From assembly GCA_045863855.1 (NCBI GenBank), contig BTVV01000122.1, forward strand, positions 1 to 18,276: a DNA stretch of 18,276 bases, read 5' to 3'. Shown one piece after another: positions 9,201 through 17,237 of this stretch. Position 1 is the stretch's first letter, and every line of letters starts with the position of its first letter. The DNA comes from Planctomycetota bacterium (GTDB taxonomy: Bacteria; Planctomycetota; SZUA-567; H5-PLA8). The position numbers and the translations under genes are program-made. The notes beneath the pieces are model-generated. The model ran no database searches. It saw nothing but the letters and a program-made list of their open reading frames with translations, and had not been told where the DNA came from.

Positions 9201-10604
9201 ATCGCCTGTATAGCCTACGACGCCGAAGGCATGGCCGAAGCCGTCGGCACACTCTGCGAAATCGCCAACGGCTACCGCGCCGCGACGGATACGATCCTGC
9301 CCGGCAAGGCGCTCTTGAAGCCGGCGCATGTGCCTGCATCTCTTGCGCCCGCACTGCGCATCGAACGGCTCGCGGCACTTCCCGACCGCGCCGATTACCT
9401 GCAAGCTCTTCCCGACTCGACCTTGCTAGCGGCCTCGTGGAGTGGCTGGATACATAAACTGAAAGCCGATGGCTCGTTTCAGAGCGAACACGTATTGCCC
9501 GGCGCGACAGAACCGCTCGTGGCGGCCAACGCCGAAGGCACGGTCTGGGCATCAGCCCAATTCGACCGCTTGACGGTCTTTAAGGATGCGGGCGAAGTGG
9601 TTTTCGAGACTCCGTTGCGTTTCCTGGACCCGCGCCTGCGCCAAATCCGTCCGTCTCCAGCCAGTGTCGTGGCCGTCTCGGCCGACGGAAGTTTGATCGC
9701 TGCGGGCACCGAATCGGGTCATTTGCGGCTCTGGGCGTCCGACGGCCAGGAACGCTTTGCCTATGGAGGCGCGAACCAGGACGAATACGACAAGTATTCC
9801 ATAGAGCGTAAGGCGTTCATGGCGGTAAAAGCCGAACGCGACGCGAAACTCAAATTGTATAAAGAAGAAATGGAGGTCTGGATTAAAGCCGACGCCGCCT
9901 GGCAGCAGGCTCCCGCCGAAACGCGTGGCGCTCGACCAAAGAAGCCCGCTCCGGTTCCCAAAGGTCCCCAAGCGCCGCGTTTCGATACACCCGAACCGTG
10001 CCACCGGTTGATCTTTAGCGCCGACGGCTCACGCCTGCTTGCCAGTTTCGAAAGCTACACGATCGTTGTCGATACGAGATCTGGAAAACTGCTTGCCGAA
10101 CTGGCCGATACGGCCTGCGCGCGCCCGGATCGCATCGGCGATGAGTTCGTCCTGCTCACGCAAGCCGGCGAACTAGCGCTGCTGACCGCAGACGGCGCCG
10201 TAACTTCGACGCTGCGTGTGCTGCCCGAAGGCGAAGGTCAGACCGCCAAACCCGGCCAGCCGCTGCCGGATACGCTGCTGGGCGTTTGGCCCATCGGCGA
10301 CGGCGCGCTAGTGGCCAGCCATCAGGGGCGCGTCTGGCGCTTCAAAAAGCCGAGCGGCGAAGGTTCGTCGACTCCGCTTTGGGAAGACCGCTACCCCGAT
10401 CGCTTAGTGAAATTCGTAGCGCCTGGTGCTTCGTGCGCGGCCGTAGCCTATTGGGGCGGTACCGTGCGGCTGCTCGACGGCGGAACCGGAAAGCTACTCG
10501 CGTCGCACACTTTCGAGCAGGACGTGGCGGCGTTGGCCGGCACGGGTTCGCGGTGGACCGTTGTCCTGGCGGACGGCCGAGTCTATGCGCTCAGCGCGCC
10601 GTGA
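6216..10604 (+). CDS. Giant secreted protein A (1462 aa): Ig-like, glycoside-hydrolase-like barrel, GH42-trimerisation-like, Ig/MG2-like and WD40/PQQ-like beta-propeller regions
   Basis: SD GAAGGAG precedes ATG 6216; signal peptide MRTTVLCFILLLLTLPTLA-AD. GH-like motif GVHFYDEPG; segment VAILYS...AVILTG...GGHVWL like GH42 middle domains; propeller blades VAVSADGSLIAAGTESGHLRLW, LIFSADGSRLLA and VAYWGGTVRLLD. Confidence 0.75.
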   Translation: MRTTVLCFILLLLTLPTLAADKPKPEGGKKAKERRAQEAEPVPPPGPQILLPLGRSAYQTNERVDLAYLRYGTEALPAGTLELQLSGPAGSAFETSFPVEAVPAATGAAQRTEHFRLDARLLRPGAYVATIRCDGATQQLAFDIHSHIRKTSFRIIDWGGSGNGADQVRCGEEGTGINLMLASAAGHDQSANIRGGMDYMRNCTMGGGHQMDLNRNNDWSDPYVLTGGMARVARQALRDRTSGNTIGVHFYDEPGLTWLKHHRTGIDSPNNIPSQDWAYKATLGEEPVQYDTIDPLKPADVDAWERVLRQKQVYLEAGWRMGRFAVEWVDPRLLSATQSMYGWLAYGDGYYFNVTRSLPINSGHGGYDDLAGGFLAPGFFYEFGRMRDYAKPAWYLPHWWDQTASPLFRLEQYLTFMTGVQGIAIPPGTRTESPGTGNQDDGMLESNRLMARLGTIFHAMPLTRPHVAILYSMSQNALASVRSENLMLTQDFPGQVERLLMMYVAGKMAHQPLFPIVEEDVLDGTLAANHRAVILTGIERLDSKVVTALTAYAVAGGHVWLTDDCKIDVPGSRRLGAETHTKIYEEAQRIVRDETINPLLRRNLGCAARSAQAYYRACGPLAEALKQRCVEAGIAPVLECDHPHVFATRHAQGDVEYFFLANANSDNDEVKEGRFNATRPARAKVALPHAQGALYDAVRGGPASEFTPNDGKLTADLRFGTGQMRVFARTARPIGAVQVFTPLVRAGNYAFDHVPPVALELQAVVLDDRGQVLNGAIPLSVRVTDPLGDVRFDLFRSTEQGVLRIQLPLGVNDASGTWRVAIKELLNQKEGEQTFVTQSPAQCGALLGATRRAVYLPADEANMFRFFRLHRSVALVVGNAEYHKTQAERLAGTLARWNIACTVVPAASLKKKERNAEMKKTWPGAPGHPDLDMPGEAAILFGAPEDDTLIAAMCPTAKAPKNLAPYTPLRDCYPGRGRGMLAWQVEALAYSKYESIACIAYDAEGMAEAVGTLCEIANGYRAATDTILPGKALLKPAHVPASLAPALRIERLAALPDRADYLQALPDSTLLAASWSGWIHKLKADGSFQSEHVLPGATEPLVAANAEGTVWASAQFDRLTVFKDAGEVVFETPLRFLDPRLRQIRPSPASVVAVSADGSLIAAGTESGHLRLWASDGQERFAYGGANQDEYDKYSIERKAFMAVKAERDAKLKLYKEEMEVWIKADAAWQQAPAETRGARPKKPAPVPKGPQAPRFDTPEPCHRLIFSADGSRLLASFESYTIVVDTRSGKLLAELADTACARPDRIGDEFVLLTQAGELALLTADGAVTSTLRVLPEGEGQTAKPGQPLPDTLLGVWPIGDGALVASHQGRVWRFKKPSGEGSSTPLWEDRYPDRLVKFVAPGASCAAVAYWGGTVRLLDGGTGKLLASHTFEQDVAALAGTGSRWTVVLADGRVYALSAP

Positions 10605-10629
10605 ACCGGCCATTCGGAGGGAGCTTCGC

Positions 10630-13600
10630 TTGATTTCGCGCGTGCGTCCTAACTGTCGACTCGCCATGATCTTGGGGGCGTTCGCTTCGGCCGCGCTGGC
10701 GGGCGCGGAAATGGAGCGCATCGAATCGCTGGAGTCGCCCCAGTTCGACCCTGAGCGTGCGGTACTGCGGGTTGGACGTGACGGACGCATCTGCTTGGCC
10801 TCGCCGAAGGAGCTTGAGCAAGGCTACGTGTTGCTTATGGCGCCCGACGGTTCGAATCGTTCCGGTCGCGAACTGGGCGCGTCCTTGCACATGGTCACGT
10901 CCAACGCACGCGGGGAATTCGGGGCATGCCACCATTCGTGGCAGAGTTCAGGACTGGCGACCTACGACGCATCAGGCGAGCCGGCGGCGAAGAGTGCCGG
11001 AAAGTACACGCAGGTCGAAGCCGGGGAAGCAAGCGGCGACTTTTACTTCCGCAGGGAAGGCGAGATTGTGCGCGTTGCGCCGGACGGGCAGGAAGTGCAT
11101 GCCTACTCGCCGCCGGGTGCTCTGTGGGGCCAGAAGCCCGCGGCCTTCCGGGTTCACGAAGGTTCCGAAGCGTTTTTCATCCTGGCCCAGGACCGCAAAA
11201 TTCATTGCGTAAGTTTCGACGGAGCCGAACGCTGGAGCGTTCCCGCGCCCTTTAACCTGCATACCGTACTCGCTCGCTGTGCGTTAGACCTCCCATTCGA
11301 TGTGGATTCGGATGGCACGCTCTACGTCTACGACCCCAAGACCTGCGCCGTTCAAGTCTATGCCGGCGGCGACGAAATGGGCGGGCCCGAGGCCCGTGGA
11401 TCGGTCAAACTCCCCGCCGAGCAGCTTGGTCCCAGCCCCGCCGCCGAGAAACAAGGCGTGCTGCAACTCGCCGTCGCGGGCAGCGACCTCCTTGTCTGCC
11501 GGCGGGTGCGCACCGACCCCGGCGAACTTTTCCAGCGCTACGAACTGAAATCAGGCAAGCTCCTGCAAACGATTTGTTCACAAACCCTGCGCTTGAAAGC
11601 CGAGTACGCCGAGAACGTTTGGCGAGCCGGGCAAAGCATACCCTTTACGATACGCGCGATGCTCGGCGCCAATGCCTGCGCGCCGCAGTGGCGCGTCTAC
11701 GCAGCGCCCTTCGGTTCCACCGCTTGGCAGGAATTTCCATGGTCCAACGACCGGCTGGAACTTCCGGCCGATGCCAGCGGGCTGTATAGGCTTCGCGTCA
11801 CTGCTTCCATCTCGCCGCGCCCCTTTTTCACCGCGGGCAAGGACATGCCTGCCGACCTGACCCTGGAAGGCGCCGTCGAGATTCGGCCGCCGCAATCCAA
11901 CGGTTCGCTCAGCGTGTACACGCCGGCCAATCGCGAAGCCTATGCCCGCGGGGAATCCATTCCCTTCAGAATCCTGGTGCGCGCCGCGGATCCCAAACCG
12001 CGCAAGGCAAGCGTGGTTCTGCAAGCCGGCGCGCAAACGCTGCACTCGTGGTCCCTCGATGTGCGGCCCGGCGAGTCGGCGGCGCTCGAACTGCCCTCTG
12101 CTTTCACGAGGGTGCTGGCATCGGGGCGTTACGTGCTGTCCGCGCGCGCAGAAGGATTGGCCCCATCCGATCAATACCTCTGGATCGGTCCGGGGCCTTC
12201 CCGTCCGGTTTTTCGCACCCTCGATTACCGGGACTACGGAGAGTTTCAGGACCGTAAGTCCGCGGCCCATTTGTGGAACAGCGCCGACGCGGCCGCCGAA
12301 GAAGCCGCCGAACAGCGCCGGCTGGGCCGCTCCCTGCTGGTCCAACGCCTGGGCGTGTCGCCCACTTCCGGAGATCCTTTCGTCTGGAAGCACGAGCACC
12401 TCGCGCTGCTGGACAGCCTGCGGCAGCGCTTGGCCGCCGACCCCTTGGCTGCCGCGCCTGAAAAAGCAGACCTTGCGCCGCCGCTTGCGCAAGCCTTGTC
12501 CCAGTTGGGCGCGCAGGGCGTCGAACACATGTCGATCCTGATGAACAACGATGCCGGCCTGCCGCTCGGCACCGGATACGACAAGCGCAAGCCCGATGAA
12601 CTGCTGGCTCAACTCAAGGCCGTGACCGCATACGTGAAGGAGTTCCCCGCCTTCCGCGGCTGGACGTGGGCCGCGAACTGGTGGGTCTTTGCCAAACGCG
12701 GAGCCAAGGCTGCGCGCACGCCCGAAGAACAGGCGGCCTACAAAGCCGCGCTGGAGCGTGCTCAAACCACCGGCGCCTGGGATCCTGTCCTCGATACGGT
12801 CTGCGACGTTCGCCTGAGGTTAGCCGTGGAGGCTCAGGACCTTTTCAACGCCGCGTTGCGCGAACTGGCGCCGAAAGCCGTGACCGCCGTCTCCGGTCCC
12901 TTCCGCAACGTGGAGTGCTACCCACCCGTCACTTTTAGCAATGTGGACGAAGTGGACTTGCAGGCGCAGTTCGAGCAGATTTCCCTGCCCTATCATGCGG
13001 CCTTCGCGGTCGATTTTTACAAGCGGCCGGGCAAGGACGTGCTCTCCCATCCCGAACTGGGCAACGACCTCGGCACCGGCGATCAATTCCTGCCCAACTC
13101 GTTTATGAGCATCGCGCGCGGTTCGAATTCCTCGGGCTTCGCCAGCGGATACGGCTACCGGGAACCCGATCCGCGCACGAATCAAGGTGGCTGCCCAAGC
13201 ATCCAGCGCGCCTTTTTCCCTCTCATGGAAAGCCTAGGGCCCTGGCTTGCGACGCTGCACGACGACGACCGCGTGGCCATCGTCGCCTCCGCACGCATGC
13301 TGAAGACCGACAAGTGGCATCGCCTGACGGGGTTGCACTTCGGACGATTGTTCGAAGCCTGGGTCTCCTGCATGTTTGCGCATCATCCAGCCCGCATCGT
13401 TTTCGCGGAGGATGCGAACGCAGATCTGCTGGCGCGATACAAAGCCATCCTGGTGGTCGACCAGCGCTTCGAGTTGGAGCCGGGGTTGGCCGGCGCACTG
13501 AAGGCCGCGCAAGCGAAGGGGGTAAAGATCTTCCACGATGCCGGCTGCCTTGAAGCGGCAGTCAAAGGATTCACGCCGCTGGGCTTCGCATTCAATCGGT

Positions 13601-16032
13601 TCGAAAACGATCCCTCGCCTGCCGGCGACGACGCCGCATATTGGCGCATGCCGCAGTGGGCCAAGACGCATGCCAACGCGCTTCGCAAAGCATTGGCGGG
13701 TGCCGTCGAACCCATCGCGGAACTGGACGCGCCCGAAGTATGGGTCACCGCGCGTGCTGCAGGCGATGCGCGCTTTCTGTATGTCGTCAATCACACTCTG
13801 CCGCCGCTGCCCCCTGAGCAACTTTGGCGCATGAGTCTCTACCTCACGCACCGGCTACCGTTGACCATCCCGTTGCACACGGATGCGCAGGGCCGAGCGG
13901 TCTACGAGCTATTCGCTCAAGATCAGATCCCTGCCAAGGACGGTACACTGCTGGCCGATTTGCGCGGCGTTCCCGGCCGGATTTTCGCGTTGCTCCCGAA
14001 ACCGATCGGCGGCGTGCTGCTGCGCGGTCCCGAGCGGGCGCGAGCAGGCCAAGCCATCGCCTGGAGCGCCCAAGCCCGTGGGGAAGACGGTGCGCCGTTA
14101 AATGCAAGTCTTCCCCTCCTGCTTCGCCTGCTGGACGGCAGCGGTCGGACGATCGAAGAGCGCCCCGCCGTCTCCGGCCAGATGGCCGCACAAGGCGAGT
14201 TTACGGTCCCTTGGGGCTTCGAAGGCACATCGGTCACGCTGGAGGCACTCGAGCGCTTCAGCGGCAAAGCCAGCCGGTTGGTGATCGCCGTGGAACCTGC
14301 GGCCGATGCGTTTGCGGAACTTCCCGCGGCACCGGCCGCGCGAGACGGATCGCCCGACGCTTCACCGCGGCCCGCTCCCGAAACGGCTTTCGGTCCGCAC
14401 CTGCGCGACGTGGCTGTTTCCAGCGACGGCGCGACCCTGCTGATCAATGCTTTCAACTGGGATCGCAACGTGTACTTGATGGACGCGGACACCGGCGCCA
14501 CCAAGGCACAAGTTCGCTTGGGGCATTATTTCGCCTTTGAGCCCCAAGCGCTGGGGCGCGGATTTGCCGTACGCGGTTTCGATTTTAAATCGCCCGAAGG
14601 CTATCATTTGTACCTGCTCGGTTCTGACGGTGCGGCCGAGCGGCGTTTCGCGCTCCCCGCGTATCCGAAGCGCTTGCCTTGGCGCCACCTGCCGACGTTG
14701 CTGCGCGACCGCATCGACAATTTTGCAACCGCGCCGGACGGTTCTTGGGTCGCCGCCGCGGGCGACTTGGGACTGGCCGTTTGGAACCGAGATGGCGCAC
14801 TGCTCTGGAGTCAGGAATGGTGGAAGTCCGAACGCCGTGACGTCCGGCTTTTCGCGCCAGACGCCAAACTCCTATTCGTGATCGGCGCTTCCAGACTGGA
14901 ATCGTACGAGGCATCGAGCGGTAAGCCGCTCCAGCCGCCGCTCGACCTGGGCGGAGTCGGGGAGGTAACGGAGGTTATCGCGACTCCAGACGGCCGTACG
15001 CTCGCGTTGGGCGCGCCGGGAAACGGCGGGCAGATTTTGGTGCTTCGCGATCGTCAGATTGTGCTGCGCTACCCGTCGCCCTTCAGCGAAATGGCACTCT
15101 CCCCCGATGGCACGGCCTTGGCCGTAACGCGCATGGACAGTCTGCAGTGGGTTGCCATCGAACAAGGGCTGCGCTGGACCTACCGCGGCGATGCCCCGCT
15201 GCGCGCTCCTCGCTTCAGCCCCGACGGCGCGCGGCTCGCCTGCGCGACGGATCTCGGCACGCTTTGCGTCATGGAACGAGGTGGCCGTGTACTGCTCGAA
15301 CGCGACCTAGGCGCCCTGTGCGTTCCTGCCTGGCTGCCCGATGGCGACTTAGTTCTGGCTTCGTGGATGGGTTCCGTCCAGCGCCTGGACGGCGAGTACC
15401 GGCCGCGCTGGACCACGAATCTAAAGCCCGACACCATCGACCTTCGCACGCGACTGCTTGATCAGGATCCTACTCCCACGACACGCATCGAAACCTGGAC
15501 CAACGCAACCCCGTCCAACGCAGGCCTCACGCCCAATCTCCTGGCCGCGTACTCAGTGACCTTAAAATCATCCTGGGGCAAGCCCCTGAACCACGAACCC
15601 GAACTGCTCTGGGATGGGAAAGCCGACTCCGCCTCCGATCCATGGGTCGATTACTCGATTCTTTCGCACCAAGCCAAATCCGGCCCGCCGCCGCATATCA
15701 CCCTGTCCTTCAATCAGGACAAGGTACGCGTGACCGGCATCGCCATGTTCGAAGATCCGGCGCACCCCGCCTCGTGGCTGCGTGACTGCTCGATCGAAGC
15801 GTGGGACCTGGAGAAGAGTATCTGGGTGCGCGTGCAGGATTGTCTTTCGAACGCGGCACAGCATACCCATCTCTTCGCCAAGACCGTGGAGACGAATCAG
15901 ATCAGGCTGGTGTTACCATCTCTGAGTTGCGGAAACATGCGGCTGACCGAGTTGGTGTTGCTCGGCGAGCGCGTCGGGCCCTATACGCCACCGGGCAAGA
16001 AACCCAAAAAGCGCGGCAAAAACGCACCGTAA
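10630..16032 (+). CDS. Giant secreted protein B (about 1800 aa), paralogue of A, with an extra N-terminal propeller and a C-terminal discoidin/galactose-binding-like domain
   Basis: SD GGAGGGAG precedes in-frame TTG 10630 (alternative ATG 10666); signal-like RVRPNCRLAMILGAFASAALA. Propeller blades FDVDSDGTLYVYD, VAVSSDGATLL, ALSPDGTALAV and RFSPDGARLA. C-terminal F5/8C-like pattern HITLSF...VTGIAMF...VETNQIRL...MRLTELVL. Confidence 0.75.
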   Translation: MISRVRPNCRLAMILGAFASAALAGAEMERIESLESPQFDPERAVLRVGRDGRICLASPKELEQGYVLLMAPDGSNRSGRELGASLHMVTSNARGEFGACHHSWQSSGLATYDASGEPAAKSAGKYTQVEAGEASGDFYFRREGEIVRVAPDGQEVHAYSPPGALWGQKPAAFRVHEGSEAFFILAQDRKIHCVSFDGAERWSVPAPFNLHTVLARCALDLPFDVDSDGTLYVYDPKTCAVQVYAGGDEMGGPEARGSVKLPAEQLGPSPAAEKQGVLQLAVAGSDLLVCRRVRTDPGELFQRYELKSGKLLQTICSQTLRLKAEYAENVWRAGQSIPFTIRAMLGANACAPQWRVYAAPFGSTAWQEFPWSNDRLELPADASGLYRLRVTASISPRPFFTAGKDMPADLTLEGAVEIRPPQSNGSLSVYTPANREAYARGESIPFRILVRAADPKPRKASVVLQAGAQTLHSWSLDVRPGESAALELPSAFTRVLASGRYVLSARAEGLAPSDQYLWIGPGPSRPVFRTLDYRDYGEFQDRKSAAHLWNSADAAAEEAAEQRRLGRSLLVQRLGVSPTSGDPFVWKHEHLALLDSLRQRLAADPLAAAPEKADLAPPLAQALSQLGAQGVEHMSILMNNDAGLPLGTGYDKRKPDELLAQLKAVTAYVKEFPAFRGWTWAANWWVFAKRGAKAARTPEEQAAYKAALERAQTTGAWDPVLDTVCDVRLRLAVEAQDLFNAALRELAPKAVTAVSGPFRNVECYPPVTFSNVDEVDLQAQFEQISLPYHAAFAVDFYKRPGKDVLSHPELGNDLGTGDQFLPNSFMSIARGSNSSGFASGYGYREPDPRTNQGGCPSIQRAFFPLMESLGPWLATLHDDDRVAIVASARMLKTDKWHRLTGLHFGRLFEAWVSCMFAHHPARIVFAEDANADLLARYKAILVVDQRFELEPGLAGALKAAQAKGVKIFHDAGCLEAAVKGFTPLGFAFNRFENDPSPAGDDAAYWRMPQWAKTHANALRKALAGAVEPIAELDAPEVWVTARAAGDARFLYVVNHTLPPLPPEQLWRMSLYLTHRLPLTIPLHTDAQGRAVYELFAQDQIPAKDGTLLADLRGVPGRIFALLPKPIGGVLLRGPERARAGQAIAWSAQARGEDGAPLNASLPLLLRLLDGSGRTIEERPAVSGQMAAQGEFTVPWGFEGTSVTLEALERFSGKASRLVIAVEPAADAFAELPAAPAARDGSPDASPRPAPETAFGPHLRDVAVSSDGATLLINAFNWDRNVYLMDADTGATKAQVRLGHYFAFEPQALGRGFAVRGFDFKSPEGYHLYLLGSDGAAERRFALPAYPKRLPWRHLPTLLRDRIDNFATAPDGSWVAAAGDLGLAVWNRDGALLWSQEWWKSERRDVRLFAPDAKLLFVIGASRLESYEASSGKPLQPPLDLGGVGEVTEVIATPDGRTLALGAPGNGGQILVLRDRQIVLRYPSPFSEMALSPDGTALAVTRMDSLQWVAIEQGLRWTYRGDAPLRAPRFSPDGARLACATDLGTLCVMERGGRVLLERDLGALCVPAWLPDGDLVLASWMGSVQRLDGEYRPRWTTNLKPDTIDLRTRLLDQDPTPTTRIETWTNATPSNAGLTPNLLAAYSVTLKSSWGKPLNHEPELLWDGKADSASDPWVDYSILSHQAKSGPPPHITLSFNQDKVRVTGIAMFEDPAHPASWLRDCSIEAWDLEKSIWVRVQDCLSNAAQHTHLFAKTVETNQIRLVLPSLSCGNMRLTELVLLGERVGPYTPPGKKPKKRGKNAP

Positions 16033-16054
16033 TCAGCATGAAATCGGTAGTCCC

Positions 16055-16092
16055 GAAAATGAAAAAGCCGACGGGTGTAACCCGCCGGCTTT
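16055..16092 (-). terminator. Intrinsic terminator of the csp gene, possibly bidirectional
   Basis: Minus strand: AAAGCCGGCGGG-TTACA-CCCGTCGGC-TTTTTCATTTTC, a GC-rich stem with one G-U pair and a U-tract. It lies between convergent stops at 16032 and 16122. Confidence 0.85.
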
Positions 16093-16121
16093 CGGCATAG
16101 TGCCCGTGAGTGATAGATGCG

Positions 16122-16331
16122 TTAGCCGGCGACGACGCGCACGCGAGCAGCCTTCGGACCCTTATCGGACTGGACGGTTTCGAACTCGACCGCCTGGCCC
16201 TCTTGGAGGCTCTTGAAACCCTCGCTCTGGACCTCGCTGAAATGAACGAAGAGATCCTTCCCGCCACCATCGGGCGTGATGAATCCGAACCCCTTCTGAT
16301 CGTTGAACCACTTGACCTTACCGAGAGCCAT
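16122..16331 (-). CDS. cspA: Cold-shock protein, CspA family (69 aa)
   Basis: [18 protein letters not shown] (RNP1), DLFVHFS (RNP2), [13 protein letters not shown] and [15 protein letters not shown]. The symbol denotes the family; the exact paralogue cannot be determined. Confidence 0.97.
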   Translation of the reverse strand: MALGKVKWFNDQKGFGFITPDGGGKDLFVHFSEVQSEGFKSLQEGQAVEFETVQSDKGPKAARVRVVAG

Positions 16332-16412
16332 TGACTGGCCTCCAACTAAATTCTTACGCTTCCTGGCTATCCATCACCACGGACAGATACTAGGCCTGAA
16401 GCATCGTTATTG

Positions 16413-16441
16413 ACAATAGGGTACGCGGGGGCCCGACACAA
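16413..16441 (-). promoter_or_regulatory. Putative sigma70 promoter for csp
   Basis: Minus strand TTGTGT (16441-16436) - N17 - TATTGT (16418-16413), implying a 5' UTR of about 75 nt. Confidence 0.45.
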
Positions 16442-16500
16442 ACGATTTTCCAAATATTCGAAGCTGCGAATTTCCGGCTCAAATCTCGATCCGAGGCCCC

Positions 16501-16540
16501 AAAAAGCCCTGAAAATCGAAGAGAATAGCTTCTTTCAGGG
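16501..16540 (-). terminator. Putative intrinsic terminator ending the E2-DUF2752 operon
   Basis: Minus strand CCCTGAAA-GAAG-loop-CTTC-(3-nt bulge)-TTTCAGGG followed by CTTTTT, about 220 nt after the DUF2752 stop. Confidence 0.45.
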
Positions 16541-16763
16541 GGCAGCCTTGCCACCCCTTATCCACTGCAGCCCCACGCAGGAGAGGTGCACCCTAACAAA
16601 CCACGCCTATTCCAGAGACGTCGATGGCCTTTAGACCAAACGGGCACTTTGCGGTCACGCCACGCATCCAACTGCCTCTCCGAAACCGTGCTTAAACTAG
16701 CCCGATTTTTTGTTCCTACCAACCTTCAAAAAAACAGTTGGTATGAGAGCCGAAATACGAAAT

Positions 16764-17237
16764 TTACCCCAGACTCAGCAGCCAATTTAGTCCCAAAGCT
16801 CCGGTTACGGCCCAGCCTGCGTAGTGCAGCATCGCGGCAACGCGGTTCAAACGTGGATGGCTTGGCCATCGGATCGCGCAAAGGCGATACAGCGCGGCCA
16901 CGGCTAAGAAGAAATAAAGCAAGGGCCCCATCCGGTGGGATTGAAGAGCGCCAAAGAAATCGCCGTGTGTCAGACGCACGAAAGACCGGCTCAGACCGCA
17001 GCCCGGACAATCGAAACCCAGAAGCCGCTGGCTTAAACATAGTGCAGGCATGGTATGCCCTGCGATCGACAGTCCACCGCTCCCGGCTTCGTAACTAAAT
17101 AGCAATGGAGTCAAAAGTAGAACCAAGCAGAAGCAGAGCATCGTGACATGATCGGCGCGGCCCTCGCCGCCGCCCGAATAGCGCAGCGAAAGGCCCCAGA
17201 ACGCCGACCGACGCGCAGGGGGAGAATCACCCTGCAC
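16764..17237 (-). CDS. DUF2752 family membrane protein (start uncertain: GTG 17237 overlapping the E2 stop, or ATG 17141)
   Basis: Family motif C-LSQRLLGFD-CPGCG-LSRSF...HGDFFGALQSHRMGPLL. Three hydrophobic segments: MLCFCLVLLLTPLLF, PLLYFFLAVAALY and AGWAVTGALGLNWLL. Confidence 0.85.
   Translation of the reverse strand: MQGDSPPARRSAFWGLSLRYSGGGEGRADHVTMLCFCLVLLLTPLLFSYEAGSGGLSIAGHTMPALCLSQRLLGFDCPGCGLSRSFVRLTHGDFFGALQSHRMGPLLYFFLAVAALYRLCAIRWPSHPRLNRVAAMLHYAGWAVTGALGLNWLLSLG

Noticed and set aside
10561..10629. N-terminal extension of the 1823-aa ORF
   Set aside because: Overlaps gene A; the SD GGAGGGAG points to TTG 10630.
11578..12765. 395-aa minus-strand ORF, and similar shadow ORFs (3049-3843, 8722-9552, 13234-13851, 13824-14540)
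   Set aside because: Antisense or off-frame to well-supported genes, with no motifs; expected in high-GC coding DNA.
16410..16415. Perfect TTGACA on the + strand
   Set aside because: No -10 element at 16-18 bp and no credible downstream + strand gene.
16558..16566. DnaA-box-like TTATCCACT
   Set aside because: A single mismatched copy with no cluster and no origin-associated genes.
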